A DNA stretch of 64,000 bases from contig NC_042999.1 in assembly GCF_006345805.1 (NCBI RefSeq), forward strand, positions 89,652,001-89,716,000, given 5' to 3'. A program made the position numbers and the translations under genes. Source of the stretch: Octopus sinensis. Taxonomy: Eukaryota. Shown here piece by piece: positions 1 through 12,200 of the stretch (its first letter is position 1; every line of letters begins with the position of its first letter). A model generated the notes under the pieces. The model was not told where the DNA came from. It was given only the letters and a program-made list of their open reading frames with translations, and ran no database searches.

Positions 1-159
1 CGGCTTCACTCAGTGTGTTTTAGTTTCGTTACTATGTCAACAGCCCTGATACTTATTGATCGAAATGCCCAGATAGGTAATAATCTTGGATACCAACCGC
101 CTCTTACGACTTGTGTCATATGTTACAAAACTTGTAAGACAATATCTGGACTTTGACAC

Positions 160-300
160 ATGCTAGCTGACAAAAACATTCCTTCAGAATTAGATTCCAA
201 AGGGAAAAGATATAGAAGAAACTTAAATAATATCTGTCACTTGTGTTTTAAACCTTGTCAATCAGAAACTGGTCTTAAAAGTAATCTGGGACTCACCAAC
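160..300 (+). mobile_element. Possible 3' end of an RTE-type LINE ORF (C-terminal zinc-finger-like motif)
   Basis: Translates to ICHLCFKPCQSETGLKSNL, resembling the CxxC...GLxSH tail of RTE ORF2; degenerate. Confidence 0.35.
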
Positions 301-603
301 GAAATGATTGTGCTGTGCGATGGGTTGTGGTGTGTGATGGTGGGACGGCTATCATCTGTCAAGATGAAGCAATCAGCATCGTATATATATAGAGAGATAG
401 ATAGATAGATAGAATAATAGAACAAGTAATATATTTAGTTAGAAAATCTCTATAAGAGATGAAAGTAGTAACTGTACTGAGAAGTAATGTTTATCGCCAC
501 TTCAACGTGGCTGTTTCGAAGGAACCGGTTTTACTACCGTTTTTAACCTCCAGGAGGACGCCTCCTCCAGCTGGTGTTAACGATGCCATCTGTACTCGAT
601 ATA

Positions 604-670
604 TGTGCGTGAGTGCGTGCATGCGTGTGTGTATGTGTGTGTGTATGTGTGCGCGCGCGCGCGCGTGTAT
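604..670. repeat. Compound (GT)n/(GC)7 alternating purine-pyrimidine tract
   Basis: gtgtgtatgtgt followed by (gc)7 at 651-664. Confidence 0.9.
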
Positions 671-1289
671 ACTCAAATATGACAATAACTACTTTCGTAT
701 ACAAAAGTATATTAAAATAGTATTTATGCTACACTCAGAGAAATTTCGGCATTGTTTTAGCGTTACAAAGAGAAGATCCACGATGAGGCACCGACATGCA
801 ACATGGAAGAGGCTTGATTTGATGTCAAAATAGTTTACAGTTCAATATAACATAATGAGCTAAAGAAAATAACTTATGTGTGTCAATAGCATGGTGGGTA
901 AGTAGATCATTTAAGGGTTTGTGTACTGAATAACGTTCGAAAAAAAAAAAAAAAAAAACAAGGAAAAGAAAACAATCGCAATAAATCAAAATTTGTCTCT
1001 TAGTTTTAGAAAGATAAAAAAAAATCAAAATTTGTAAATTGTAAGCAACTCTAAAAGAAAAGGATAGGTAATTTTAAGAAAAAATTAAGAATTAATTTCA
1101 CAAAAGTATTCTTTATATGAGGAAAATTTAATCATTATTAACAGGCATTGTAATCACTAGGACGGTCATATATTATGGGATCTTATCAATGAAGTAGAGA
1201 CAAATTCAGGTCAACTTGATCGGTCGACAGAAATTTTATAAATAGAAAAATAATGATTTTAGTAGGGGAGGGGGTTTGTGCCCATCGCT

Positions 1290-2230
1290 TCCCTTCCGAG
1301 ACAGGTGACATGTACACTGTTAACTGGACTCTTGAACATTTGCAAGTCAACAGTTGCAGAAAAAAAAAAAAAACAGATTTTCTGTAACCATGAACTTGGA
1401 GGGAATTCCAGGAGGATCACGTTCGGGGGAAGAAAGCTTTTCCTGGAGTAGTAAAAATAATATGGATAACTAGAGGAGAAAAGCAAGAGTTGGCAGTGTC
1501 TGAAGTGAGGTTGTACGAGACCAAGCTGGCTGCGAGCCAACAGAATCATTAGCACACCGGAATAAATGCTCAGCGGCATTTCGTCCGCTTTCATGTTCTG
1601 AGTTCTGATTCCACCGAGGTCTACTCTGCCTTTCATCCTTTCGGGGGTCGATAAAATAAGAACCAGTTGAACATTAGGCGCAGATGTAACTCCACACCCG
1701 AACTTGCTGGCCTTGTGCCAAAATTTGAAACGAATATAGTAGAAGTAGAAATGAGAAAGAGAAAGAGAAAGAGATGGAGGAGACAGCCCGCCTGTAGGTT
1801 AGACTGAGGTGTATTAATGAACGGTTTCGTTTCACACATCGACTGATTTTTCTTTAGATGCGTTCTAAATTGTCTGTGTGTCTAGCAGCAGCAACAGCTT
1901 CCTGGTAGATGTGACACTCCTGTATAGGTTTTACCAAGCTAGTAGTTATTGAGATATGAAGTATTTTAGGGCTCTGAAGAGGAAGGTTAGTTTTTGTGAT
2001 GCAATTTTGAATATGTCGATGGTGTGTGTTTGCCAAAGTAGATCTTCATTGACGGTGAGGCTCAGAATTTGTAGCGATCTTGAGGGTTTTAACTGTTTTC
2101 CCTTCATGTTTAGTGGGATTGCAGATGTCTTCTTGATCTCTGTAGGGATGGTTTCTTTGTACTTGCGAGAGAAGCAAGGTTAGAATGTTCCATTAAAAGT
2201 TGTTTCTGTTGTCTCAGTTCATGGAGTCAG
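1290..2230 (-). mobile_element. Degenerate CR1/L2/Jockey-like LINE, RT C-terminus and 3' end, interrupted by a SINE
   Basis: Minus-strand pieces LQILSLTVNEDLLWQTH, SQKLTFLFRALKYF, HTDNLERI, SFLP...WNSL and VDLQMFKSPVN match the conserved LINE ORF2 tail; frameshifts and stops. Confidence 0.7.
1540..1735 (+). mobile_element. tRNA-derived SINE, family A (nested in LINE)
   Basis: Shared core gcctttcatcctttcgggggtcgataaaataag and tail gccttgtgccaaaatttgaaac seen in more than 12 copies in the window. Confidence 0.85.
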
Positions 2231-2527
2231 TGCAGACTTTGCACAGCTGGATTCGGTTTTATTTTTTTTTTGTTTCTTTTTGGTGTCAATTTAAACGACT
2301 GCTCTTCTTCCATAAACGCTATTGTACTTGTGCACATGGTAGAATTTATTGTTTTTGTTGTCGATATATAATCTTAGGCATGTTAAGTCTGATTCCTAAC
2401 AGCTTTTTACGCAAAAAAAGTAGTATTTGCTTCCGAACCAGTTGATTAGATATGTCACATTTCAATAACATGAAAAAATTTGAAGAAAAATATTACTATT
2501 GACTCTAGTAACTATTAGAAGTCATCT

Positions 2528-2528
2528 T

Positions 2529-2582
<54 letters not shown>
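2528..2582. repeat. (GT)n microsatellite
   Basis: Direct reading. Confidence 0.95.
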
Positions 2583-2584
<2 letters not shown>

Positions 2585-2959
2585 TTGTTGCTATCCTTTT
2601 TAAGCTGGTTTTTACATCTCTGGACATAACAAATTCTCCTACAAATCAGTTATTCTTTAAGACCAATTAAAATGTTATCTCTCTAATTACACATACATAC
2701 TCACACATAAACACATAAGAACATTAATTTGCTATGCAATTATCTTCAGATAGGTTAAATACTATTTCTAATGTCTAAGGAATGCTTAACATTATTAAGA
2801 ACTATCTTAAAAGCCACACTCCGTACGGACTTTTAAGCTAGCTCTTGTGGAGGGCTAATTGAGCCTTCGGCCAAAAACAGAAGAAAGCAATAATAATAAA
2901 ACATTTATTGGTATCCTACCATCTCAGATTTATATCACAGAGTATCACATTTGGAGAAT

Positions 2960-3260
2960 TTTGTATCATTGTAAAGCAGTAAGATGAACAACATTCTTGG
3001 TTTTACCATTTGGTGTTAGCATGAAGTGATTGTTGCCATTTTCGGCTCTGGAACAACCAGCATAGGGATGATCATGGGAAAAGCACTACTGCATAAGGTG
3101 AAGTCCAACAATTTTGAGTGATTGTCCTTGACTCTTGTTAATTGTATTATTGTAGGTAACGAAGGTAACTGTCACAAAGTTTTGGTATTATATTCAAGAA
3201 GTTTTGGTTAGTTTTCTAACACAGAATGTCGCGTTTATTATTATAGCTAAGGGAAATAAC
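2960..3260 (-). mobile_element. Helitron (PIF1-like) helicase C-terminal remnant
   Basis: Minus strand gives TINKSQGQSLKIVGLHL..CFSHDHPYAGCSRA..GKTKNVV, matching the helicase motifs TINKSQGQS and FSHGQLYVACSR. Confidence 0.8.
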
Positions 3261-3854
3261 TCCTGTAAACCGTTTGAAACCTCTCACGGTCGCCTTACCT
3301 GCTAGAAATAACAGCCCAAATGCTCTCACATCAGATTCCAATGCTGAGTGTTCAAGAACCGAATGAAGGTCAGATTTTCAATCCCGAGATCATCTTGATT
3401 CCCAAAAGGTATTATATATCTACGTGGTGCAAATGTAGACTGAGATACAGGGATCCTGGACAGACAGAATTTCACTTTTATTTGTATAGACGTAATATAC
3501 AACCATACATTTATAGCAAAAACATGGCTGAGGGAAAAGTTCTTCTAGAAGTACATCGTTAAAGTGTGTTTTTGTATACTAATTGCATGGATAGTTTCAG
3601 TTAATCAGAGTTTTTCAATCTGAGATATATTACAAATGCTATATGCTTACAATAGTCATATATTTGTAGATGGATACTTACTGCGTCCACTTCATTTTTG
3701 TAGAAGATTTGGTTGATGTTTGAAATACGATTCCCTAAATTTGGATCTCTCGGTGCACCGCCACCAGGTCGACCCCACACTCCATTAAAAGTGTCTTGGT
3801 GCTATCAGTTAATAAAAGGAAAAGTAGAATAGGAAACACAAGTAAATGATTGAT

Positions 3855-4150
3855 CTGATAGCAAAAGGGGCTGATTGCTACCTAGCTCAGATACCAAGAA
3901 ACCCCAAAATGGCAGAAATTCAAAAGATAGTGCTCATGGGAACTGCCCATATCCTACGCAAAATACTTTCTATGTAAGCTCAAATTTTAATACAAATATA
4001 ATTTTCTTATGGTTTCTTATACAAAACCAAATATAATGCACCCTAGGTATAATACCAACATGAACTTCTAATTTGTTGTCTCTTGAAGTCTCTGGGTGAG
4101 ACTTGGAGCCAACTTGTACAAATGCAAAGCAAAAGTCAAACATAAAATAA
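3855..4150 (+). mobile_element. 5'-truncated R4/Dong-type RLE LINE 3' end
   Basis: IPRNPKMAEIQKIVLMGTAHILRKILSM* (stop 3975-3977), then a 3' UTR and an (AAT)n tail. Confidence 0.8.
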
Positions 4151-4203
4151 CAATAATAGCAATAGTTATTATTATTATTATTATCACCATCATCATTATT
4201 ATC

Positions 4204-4276
<73 letters not shown>

Positions 4277-4320
4277 TAATAATAATAATAATAATTATAA
4301 TGATAATAATAATAATAATG
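4150..4320. repeat. (AAT)n/(ATT)n microsatellite
   Basis: Direct reading. Confidence 0.95.
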
Positions 4321-4915
4321 AGAAAGTAGTGCATGCCATCAAAGTGACACTGCGGTACAATATACGAAGCCCAATATACCCAGCATAACTACCCGTCTGA
4401 TAAGAGTATAGCAGGCACATGTATCGCAAAATCATGTGCGCGACATGGTGATCTCATATCAAGATAAACAGCACATGACCTTGCAGGTGGGGCCCAGTTA
4501 GAATTTTCTTCTGGTCGAAGGTCCCTGAATAAAGGTTGTTTAAGGATGTTGAATGAAACACCCATGTTTCCAGAGGTGAATTATTCAAACAGCAAAGAAT
4601 CCCTCTCAACACATGGCTATGATGCTCCCCCACTACTTCCGCTCGTGATCAGAGATGCACATATCGTCAGCCACTAAGGGACATGCTCAACTGGTTAAGG
4701 TCAAACAACTGACAAGTAAACCTGTGGTATTGAGCAGAATATTTGCTGTAGGCCATCTTTTATACCAAAACAAAACAATGTACATGATAACACTTCCAAT
4801 CAGTTAAGATCCGAAGCCATGAGAGCCACTGCCTGGTATTGCATCAGGGCATTGAGAGCCACTGCCTAGTACTGCATCAGGACATTTAGAGCCACTGCCT
4901 GAGACTGCATCAGGG

Positions 4916-4919
<4 letters not shown>
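4321..4919 (-). mobile_element. Non-coding ~500-bp interspersed repeat (copy 1), with a triplicated end
   Basis: Reverse-complement match to 41181-41658 over about 480 bp; flanked by AAT/ATT tracts; orientation inferred from the AAT tail of copy 2. Confidence 0.8.
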
Positions 4920-4980
<61 letters not shown>

Positions 4981-5197
4981 CATTTATAACTTTATCACAA
5001 GGATACAAAGCTTGTGACAAAGAATATTAGATTTAACAGATACCAGTACTTGATTTTATTAACCAAGGAGATGAAATTGACCAGGACAATAAAACGTATT
5101 TGTGATAGTCGATAAGAGCTTGTTTCTTGAAGAAAAGAAAGAAGTTTGATCGCATACTTCTCCGTAGGCTGTCATGTTGTTATTTGGATTCACTTAC

Positions 5198-5329
5198 CTG
5201 TTTCTCTTGCTGCTTCAGTTTCAGTTTCTCAAGTTCTCTTAGACGATATCGTTCCTCGGCCGCCGTGATCAAATCATTGCAGTATTTAGTTTTAAATTGT
5301 GGGTCTTCTGGGTAATGATACCCCATTTT
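5198..5329 (-). CDS. Host gene internal exon (KMGYHYPEDPQFKTKYCNDLITAAEERYRLRELEKLKLKQQEKQ)
   Basis: Acceptor tttttgatctctacag, donor cag|gtaagtg, 132 nt, open frame, phase 0 to 0. Confidence 0.85.
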
Positions 5330-6154
5330 CTGTAGAGATCAAAAAATAATTTCATAGGTGTTGCAAGATCTTACTCATACGCCTTTCTATCTCCACTGTT
5401 CTTTTTTTAAAATTATTTTTTTTAAAATCAGTATACGGACGTATTTGGGAATAGTATTAAAATAATATTGCACCCTAAGAAGCAACAACTATTGTATGTT
5501 CACTAGGAAAGAAAATGATATCATTGTGCATCTCACAGACTGCACGCTCTTTCCTACTCTATATTACGTTCGGGCAGCCTTATTTTTCTTTGTCCAAATG
5601 GTAACGACTAAATTTTCTGAATCATCATCATATATGCCACTTCTCAAAAAAAAACTACACGCGCACGCGCACGACATGTATTTATATGTATGCAAGTATG
5701 TATATGCAGTGCGTGTACGTTTGTTTGTTTGTGTGTGTGTGCGTGCGTCCGTGATTATAATTTCAATGTTTAAATATTCATAAACGGGATTTCGAAAATG
5801 CTAAAAAAGATTTGTTATCACTATTTGTGACTTTAGATATACAGGAAACAACTGATACAAAATGATATATTGATATTTACACTTTTTGATATATCCGAAG
5901 TTCGAAGATGGTTATCAAGAAGTATTCCTGTGTAGGGATCACGACGTGGTTTTCCAACTTTACCCATTCCAATAACGGCAGCTAGCTCCCCAACCTGAAA
6001 GGATAAAACTGGATTTTATTGTCGAGTAAAAGATAAATCTATTTATATTTTCTACGGACTAAATACGATTCAAATTATAAAGTAAACATAATTCATAACA
6101 TGTTATAAAGAATCTAGCATAAAATCGCGGATCAACTTCAAAAACGTTTGACTA

Positions 6155-6370
6155 GGGTGGCGAGCTGGTAAAATCATCAGAACGTCGGGAAAATGCTGCG
6201 CTTTTTTCGTTCCGGCTCTTCATGTTCAAAGTTCAAATCCTGCTAAGGTCAGCTTTGCCTTTTATTCCCCCAGAGTCGATAAAAAAAGTATCAATTTAGT
6301 TCTGGGGTCGATATCGATTAATCCCTTCTCAAAATTGCTAGGATTTGTATCTAAATTAAAAGCAATTATT
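6155..6370 (+). mobile_element. SINE family A
   Basis: ggcgagctgg head, gttcaaatcc B-box-like motif, family core. Confidence 0.8.
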
Positions 6371-6429
6371 ACATGTTGTATTACAGAGAAACTGGATGCT
6401 ATCCAACCCTCCACAAGATAACATTAGCG

Positions 6430-7570
6430 AGAGAGAGAGAGTATTTGCGTAGTCGCTAGACTAGCAACAAATAACAACAAATCTCCCTCAAATAACGCAA
6501 TACCATCCTTCAAAAAGGAAGAACACATTGAATAACGTAGTTTACAATACCCTAAACAGACGAAATGGGCAAGGTTGGAATGTCTTCCATCATAGGCCTT
6601 CTTGATGAGAACCCACTGAGCGCTAGACAATAACAACTGTGAGTAGAGAAAATTACTTGCATTCAGGTTTATTTTAACTTCATTTTTTTCCCCCGATATT
6701 ATAGACTTAAGTACTAATACTTTGGTCACTAGGTTTTTACATTCCTTAGAAAAATTTCGCATAATACAATTTGGATTTATGGTTATTTCTTCCACAGGCT
6801 GTCTGCAAGATCGATCTTTTTTAAGACAAACCATTCAGGAAATTCGCCAGGTTTTTTGCCATTCAAAATTCCTCCCTGTAAAGATATCTTCACGAAATGT
6901 AACTCTGATAGCTGTTTTGATTTTGACTAGGCTTGCTCTTCCTGCTATTTCCCGCACATAAGTGAGATGTTCATTATCTTCTTGATACGTAAATTCTTGT
7001 TGGTTTTCAAATATGGCATATATTATTTTGTAATAATTTTACAGAGCCTGCATAGTTCAAAATGTTAAGAAATTATGAGGTGTAATAAACTACATCCTTA
7101 TAATCTAGCTGAAGCTACTAGGATCTAGTGAACGAGTCAATTTCTATGCAGAAAACTGTGTTCCGTTTGCGACATTTGTTCAAATTTTTTGCAAGCATAT
7201 TTGAAGTTTACATTTATATTTTTTCGCAATTACTAGGCATCTAATAGATTCAATTTCTGTGCTTTCACTATAACCATTATATCGTCCATTATCTTTTTCT
7301 CAGCGGAGTTCACAGGATTGCATATATTCAGCTTCTTCAATTCCGTACATGCTCACCTTGCTCCGTAGGTTCTGGCTCGGCACCTGCTGCACTTGCGCAT
7401 CCCTACCACTATGGAAGGCTCTAAAATAGCCGTGTGTTCTATTAAGAATAGAATCTTTTTGCAGTTTATTAGCAGTTTCAATACAAGCCTTCGACTCTAT
7501 TGACAATCAAGATTAACATCCAAGATCTTTAAAGATATCTTTAAATTCTTTTAAAGTTTCCTCTTTATCC
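6430..7570 (-). mobile_element. Highly degenerate Gypsy-like pol remnant
   Basis: KEFKDIFKDLGC, DAQVQQVP..LRSKV, IMDDIMVI (RT DD-like), FLNILNY and EVKINLNAS (RNase H DAS-like) in order across frames, with internal deletion. Confidence 0.45.
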
Positions 7571-7576
7571 TGGTAA

Positions 7577-7577
<1 letters not shown>

Positions 7578-7667
<90 letters not shown>

Positions 7668-7734
7668 ACACACATACATGCATACATACATACATGCATG
7701 CATACATACATACATACATACATACATACATACA

Positions 7735-7762
<28 letters not shown>
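7578..7762. repeat. (TATC)n-(CATA)n compound microsatellite
   Basis: Direct reading. Confidence 0.95.
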
Positions 7763-7765
<3 letters not shown>

Positions 7766-8119
7766 CAAGATTAATCAGCCGAAATTACTACGATGATCCG
7801 GTTCTTGACTGAAGACTGAGGGGTTCGAATGTCCTGTCCATGTTTATTGTGTCGTCTTCTAAGAGTTATACGTTCTTGTCCATGTTGTATTTTTCTACAT
7901 ACCTTTACATACATACATACATACATAGTTATAGGCATGGCAGTAAGAATACCTATGTTAAAAGTTGTGTAATGTGGAGCCAGTTATATACCTTGTATCA
8001 TTGGAAGACTTGGTGAGGCTTGCGATACAAAGGTTAATTGTAATTATATTGCTGGGAACGGTGTAATTGACTGAGTGAGGTAGAAAAATGTGAGAGAACA
8101 GTGTTCCTATATTTCTGTA

Positions 8120-8400
8120 GTAAATCAGGTGTTTGCCAAGCATATCGTCTCTCAACAACTACACAGTCACTGAGCACAAACTACGTGAAGAAATCCAACA
8201 GCCAAAGACCTTTTACGACTATGCAACATGCATTCATGGCCACAGCTCTTTCTCTCAACAATTGCTGTAACTCTGTTAGGAGAGAAAACATTCAGTTTCC
8301 AGATTGTGACAAACTAAGACTGATCCTGATGAGAAACATAACCGACATGCCTTACTATCTATTAAAATACTTGAAAACAAAGCTACACTTGATAGTTTCA
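8120..8400 (+). mobile_element. Degenerate RTE-type RT fragment
   Basis: SGVCQAYRLS (GVRQG..LSP-like) and a KTK motif at plausible spacing; catalytic DD not intact. Confidence 0.35.
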
Positions 8401-8962
8401 AGCGCATGATGTCGCTATTCATGGTGTTGACTTTCAAGATTTTAACGTGGGAGCATACACACACACACACACATATATATATATACATGCTGAGCTGAGA
8501 TCCCCATGAGACTGATCATAGGATTGCACCTATAAAGTTACCCTCCCAGGAACAAGTCCGGGCATGGTTGTTTCCATTTTTTAAAACTTTACACTGACGA
8601 ACTACCTAATGAATATCCATTAAAAGTCAAGTGCTCATACACACAATCACGCGCGCGAGCATAATGACTCCTGGTGCGTCATGGTCAACTTGAAATAATC
8701 ACAAAACAAAATATGAAAACAGAAAAAGATACTCATATGAAACATTAATCAGTATAGATATACAGAGAAGATCTGACATTAAGCAAGATAAATATTATTG
8801 ATGAATTTTAGTGTCATTAATCACGAAGCTCCTTAACCGAAAATAACTGCTTGTACGATTATATGGTCAATGTTTACATCAAACTCACATAAATGTAATA
8901 GGGCATGATGTAAAATCTATATTACAATCCTGATTGTTGTGTTCAGGCGTTACGCTTTAGTT

Positions 8963-9145
<183 letters not shown>

Positions 9146-9811
9146 GTATGATGACAGATAGCCACTTCCACAAACCACGCTGTCATGTGGTTAGTGGAAG
9201 TGAGAGGCAAAGAGAAAAAGAAAGAGAGAAATATTAACCACGTGAAGAGGGAATTTACATGGTTAACACGTTTGTTGAAGTAAGTAAGAAAGAGAGAGAG
9301 AGAGAGAGAGTGTGTGTGTGTGTGTTTAACAGAGAGAAAATTTAAAATCATGTATTATTGTAACTGGAAATGTACTACGATGTTATTGATTTCTTTTTTA
9401 GTTTGCAATGGAATCGAAACTAATCATGTAAATAAAAACATTGTGTATATTCTCATATTTTGTGTACATTAATTCTATAGAATGTAAAGTAATTATGATA
9501 AAATATTGCATAATAAGGAATATGCTATTACATATTGATCATGCAGTTTCAATAGAATGAAATACTAACGAATGATATATGCATTAGGTATTGTATAGAT
9601 TGATATTGTATACTTTTCTATCATTTATTGCACAAGCAACAATATGATTTATATGATTTGCGGAGGGCGAAAGTGGTAACAAGAACAGGACAGTGAGAAC
9701 AAAACAGTAAAAACAAACGGTGAGGGCTGTTAAGCTAAGACGATAGAACAATTATTATGAATGCTAGGAGGACGAGCTTATGAGAGGAGACAGGAATAAG
9801 CACGTGTTATC

Positions 9812-10054
9812 TTTAGGAAGGAAATGGGCAGAAAGATAGATTCCCTTTCGTCACGTGTCAGCGACGAGAGAGTCAAGAAGGAAGAGTGAGAGAGAGAGGG
9901 AACGGTGATGATGATACGCATTTATATACATACACTTATTATATATATATATATAAGTGTATGTATATAAATGCGTATCATCATCACCGTTTCCTCTCTC
10001 GTCGCTGACACGTGACGAAAGGGAATCTATCTTTCTGCCCATTTCCTTCCTAAA
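9812..10054. repeat. Long near-perfect palindrome centred on (TA)n
   Basis: 9812-9872 is the exact reverse complement of 9994-10054; 9901-9939 is the exact reverse complement of 9953-9991. Confidence 0.95.
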
Positions 10055-10114
10055 CAGCCTTCAGAAGGTGTTTAGATTATTGTTGCCGCTGACATTTCCC
10101 CTAATTTGGGAAAT

Positions 10115-10290
10115 GAATTGAGAGAATCGTTGGGCTGGTTGTATTTCATCCGCCTTTTTACTTTCTGAGTTCAAATCCCGCCGAGGTCAACTTTGCCTTT
10201 CATCCCTACGGTTTCAATAAAATAAATTACTAGTGAAATCACCTCCTTTCAAAATTTTTGATTTTGTGCTTTATTTAGAAATAATTCTTT
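10115..10290 (+). mobile_element. SINE family A
   Basis: ctgagttcaaatcccgccgaggtcaactttgcctttcatcc core. Confidence 0.75.
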
Positions 10291-10379
10291 CCTCTAATTT
10301 TAGCGTGGTGAATTGACAAAGTAGGCGTCAAAATGTTTTGCGGTATTTTGTTTGCGACGGCTTTCCGAATGTTTCCAGT

Positions 10380-10515
10380 AAAAAATTCCGCTCACAAGGT
10401 GCTGGTCAACCCATGACCAACAGCAGAAAACACTTTTCCAAGGTGTCGCAAAGTAGGGTCGAACCTGAAACTAAACGACGCTCGCTTAGCAAACGCCTTA
10501 GCCACACAGTCATGC
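10380..10515 (-). mobile_element. SINE family B, tRNA-like head fragment
   Basis: Reverse complement resembles the head of the copies at 27278 and 39826. Confidence 0.6.
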
Positions 10516-10615
10516 TATGTTCGTATCTACAAAATATAAAAGGAAATAACGGAAGAATGCATGAAATAAGTAGATCTCAATAATATTAATCATTGAACCG
10601 TTCAAAAGGACCTAC

Positions 10616-10677
10616 CGGAGCATTGTATTCCCTTTTCATTTCTTCTTTCTTTTTTCGCTGTTCTTCCATACCCTTTT
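10616..10677 (-). CDS. Host gene internal exon (E|KGMEEQRKKKEEMKREYNAP)
   Basis: Acceptor tttgtgttattttctcag, donor ccg|gtaggt, 62 nt, phase 1 to 0, joins in frame to 5198-5329. Confidence 0.7.
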
Positions 10678-11429
10678 CTGAGAAAATAACACAAAAAGAG
10701 CTTAGTGTTGCAGAGAATATTGAATAATGAGAAGATAGTTGTAGAATTATTATAAGTTTGGTATAGTATTGCACAGATAGAGTAGTTGTTATTGAGTGTT
10801 GCGCTTAACATTAAAGTTTTCAGTTTAGTTTATTGTTCTATAAAGAAACAAAGAAAGAAATAATAGTTTCTGCTTTAGGTTCAAGGTCAACAATTTTGAG
10901 AAAGGCATTAGTCAATACTATCAATCTTATCACTTCGCTGGTGCTTTCACCTTCGAAACGCGGAGTAGACGAAACAGGAACAACTTAAGAAGGGGAATAT
11001 TCCTTGTGTTGTATGTCTTGTTTCTCTGTTTTTTTTTCGTTGTTTGAAAAAAAGTTCGTTTCTATGTTTTTGTTTTTATGTTTTCGTTTCTCATTGTGTT
11101 CTACGTTTTTTTTGTTGTCCTGTACCCATATATGCATGTATATATACATATAGATGTAGGTACGTACATATATGTATGTATATATGCATATATTTATATA
11201 TTATTTATATTATTATATGATCGAACGCCACGTGTGTACACACACACACACGTTATTTGCTTTATATAAACACGTGCTCGTTAAATGTATTATGTGTATG
11301 CCAGTGTGCTATTCTTTCAATATTGGTTTTAAATTTTTGTCACAAGGCCAACAATATCAATCTTGAATAGATGAAAGGCAAAGTTGAGGCTTTTGAACTC
11401 AGAACGTTTGTTCTTCTTAATATACTTTC

Positions 11430-11625
11430 AATTATAGGCACAAGGCCTGAAATTTTGTGGGAGTGGGGCTAGTCGATTACATGCCCCCCCCCCCCAGTAC
11501 TTTCATCCAGAAAGGATGAACGTCAAAGTCGACTTCAGCGGAATTTGAACTCAAGACGTAAAGGCTGATGAAATGCCGCTAAGCATTTTACTTGGCGTTC
11601 TAACGATTCTGCCAGCTTGCCACCT
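11430..11625 (-). mobile_element. SINE family A
   Basis: Reverse complement of family core and head. Confidence 0.85.
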
Positions 11626-11659
11626 TTATTCTTCTTAATATCACCATTGAAATAAGACG

Positions 11660-11875
11660 ACAAACTGGCAGAGATGTTACTGTGCTGGACAAGATGCTCA
11701 GCGGCATTTCTTCAGTTTTTACGTCTGATCTCAAATTCCGCCGCGGTTGACTTCGCTTTTGATCCTTTCGAGGTCGATAAAATAAGTACCAATTGAGTAT
11801 TGAGATCGATGTAATAAACCTACCCCATCTCCCGAAAATACTAGCCTTATGCCAAAATATGAAACTAGTATTACC
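11660..11875 (+). mobile_element. SINE family A
   Basis: Family head, core gatcctttcgaggtcgataaaataagtacc and tail. Confidence 0.85.
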
Positions 11876-12200
11876 ATTGAAATGTATTTCGTAGTCGCGG
11901 TTATTTTGTGGTGAAGATAAATCTTAAATTTAGTATTTTTTATATTTTAAGACATTATATCAACTACTTACTTAACTCTTCCATGTAAACTCTCGCTGCG
12001 CGTGCTCTCATTGTTTCTGATGGGGACTGACTTCTGCTCTATAGTAAAAGAAAATCATTGAGGTAAAACACTTCTTCACATATAATTTTTGGATGATCCA
12101 GTATCATTTTCATCAGTTATATTTATCAATATTTAACTTTTCGACGTCCACCCACCAACAGGAATTCATCATGTAGAATTTTAACTGAACCTTACCACAA

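Noticed and set aside
4821-4919. CRISPR-like array of 33-bp repeats
   Set aside because: The repeats abut with no spacers, there are no cas genes and the context is eukaryotic
7809-7835. CTGAAGA...CGAATGTC as a hammerhead
   Set aside because: No GAAA and no stem II closing pair
8326-8337. CTGATGAGAAAC as a hammerhead core
   Set aside because: No stem II between the two core halves; lies in an RT remnant
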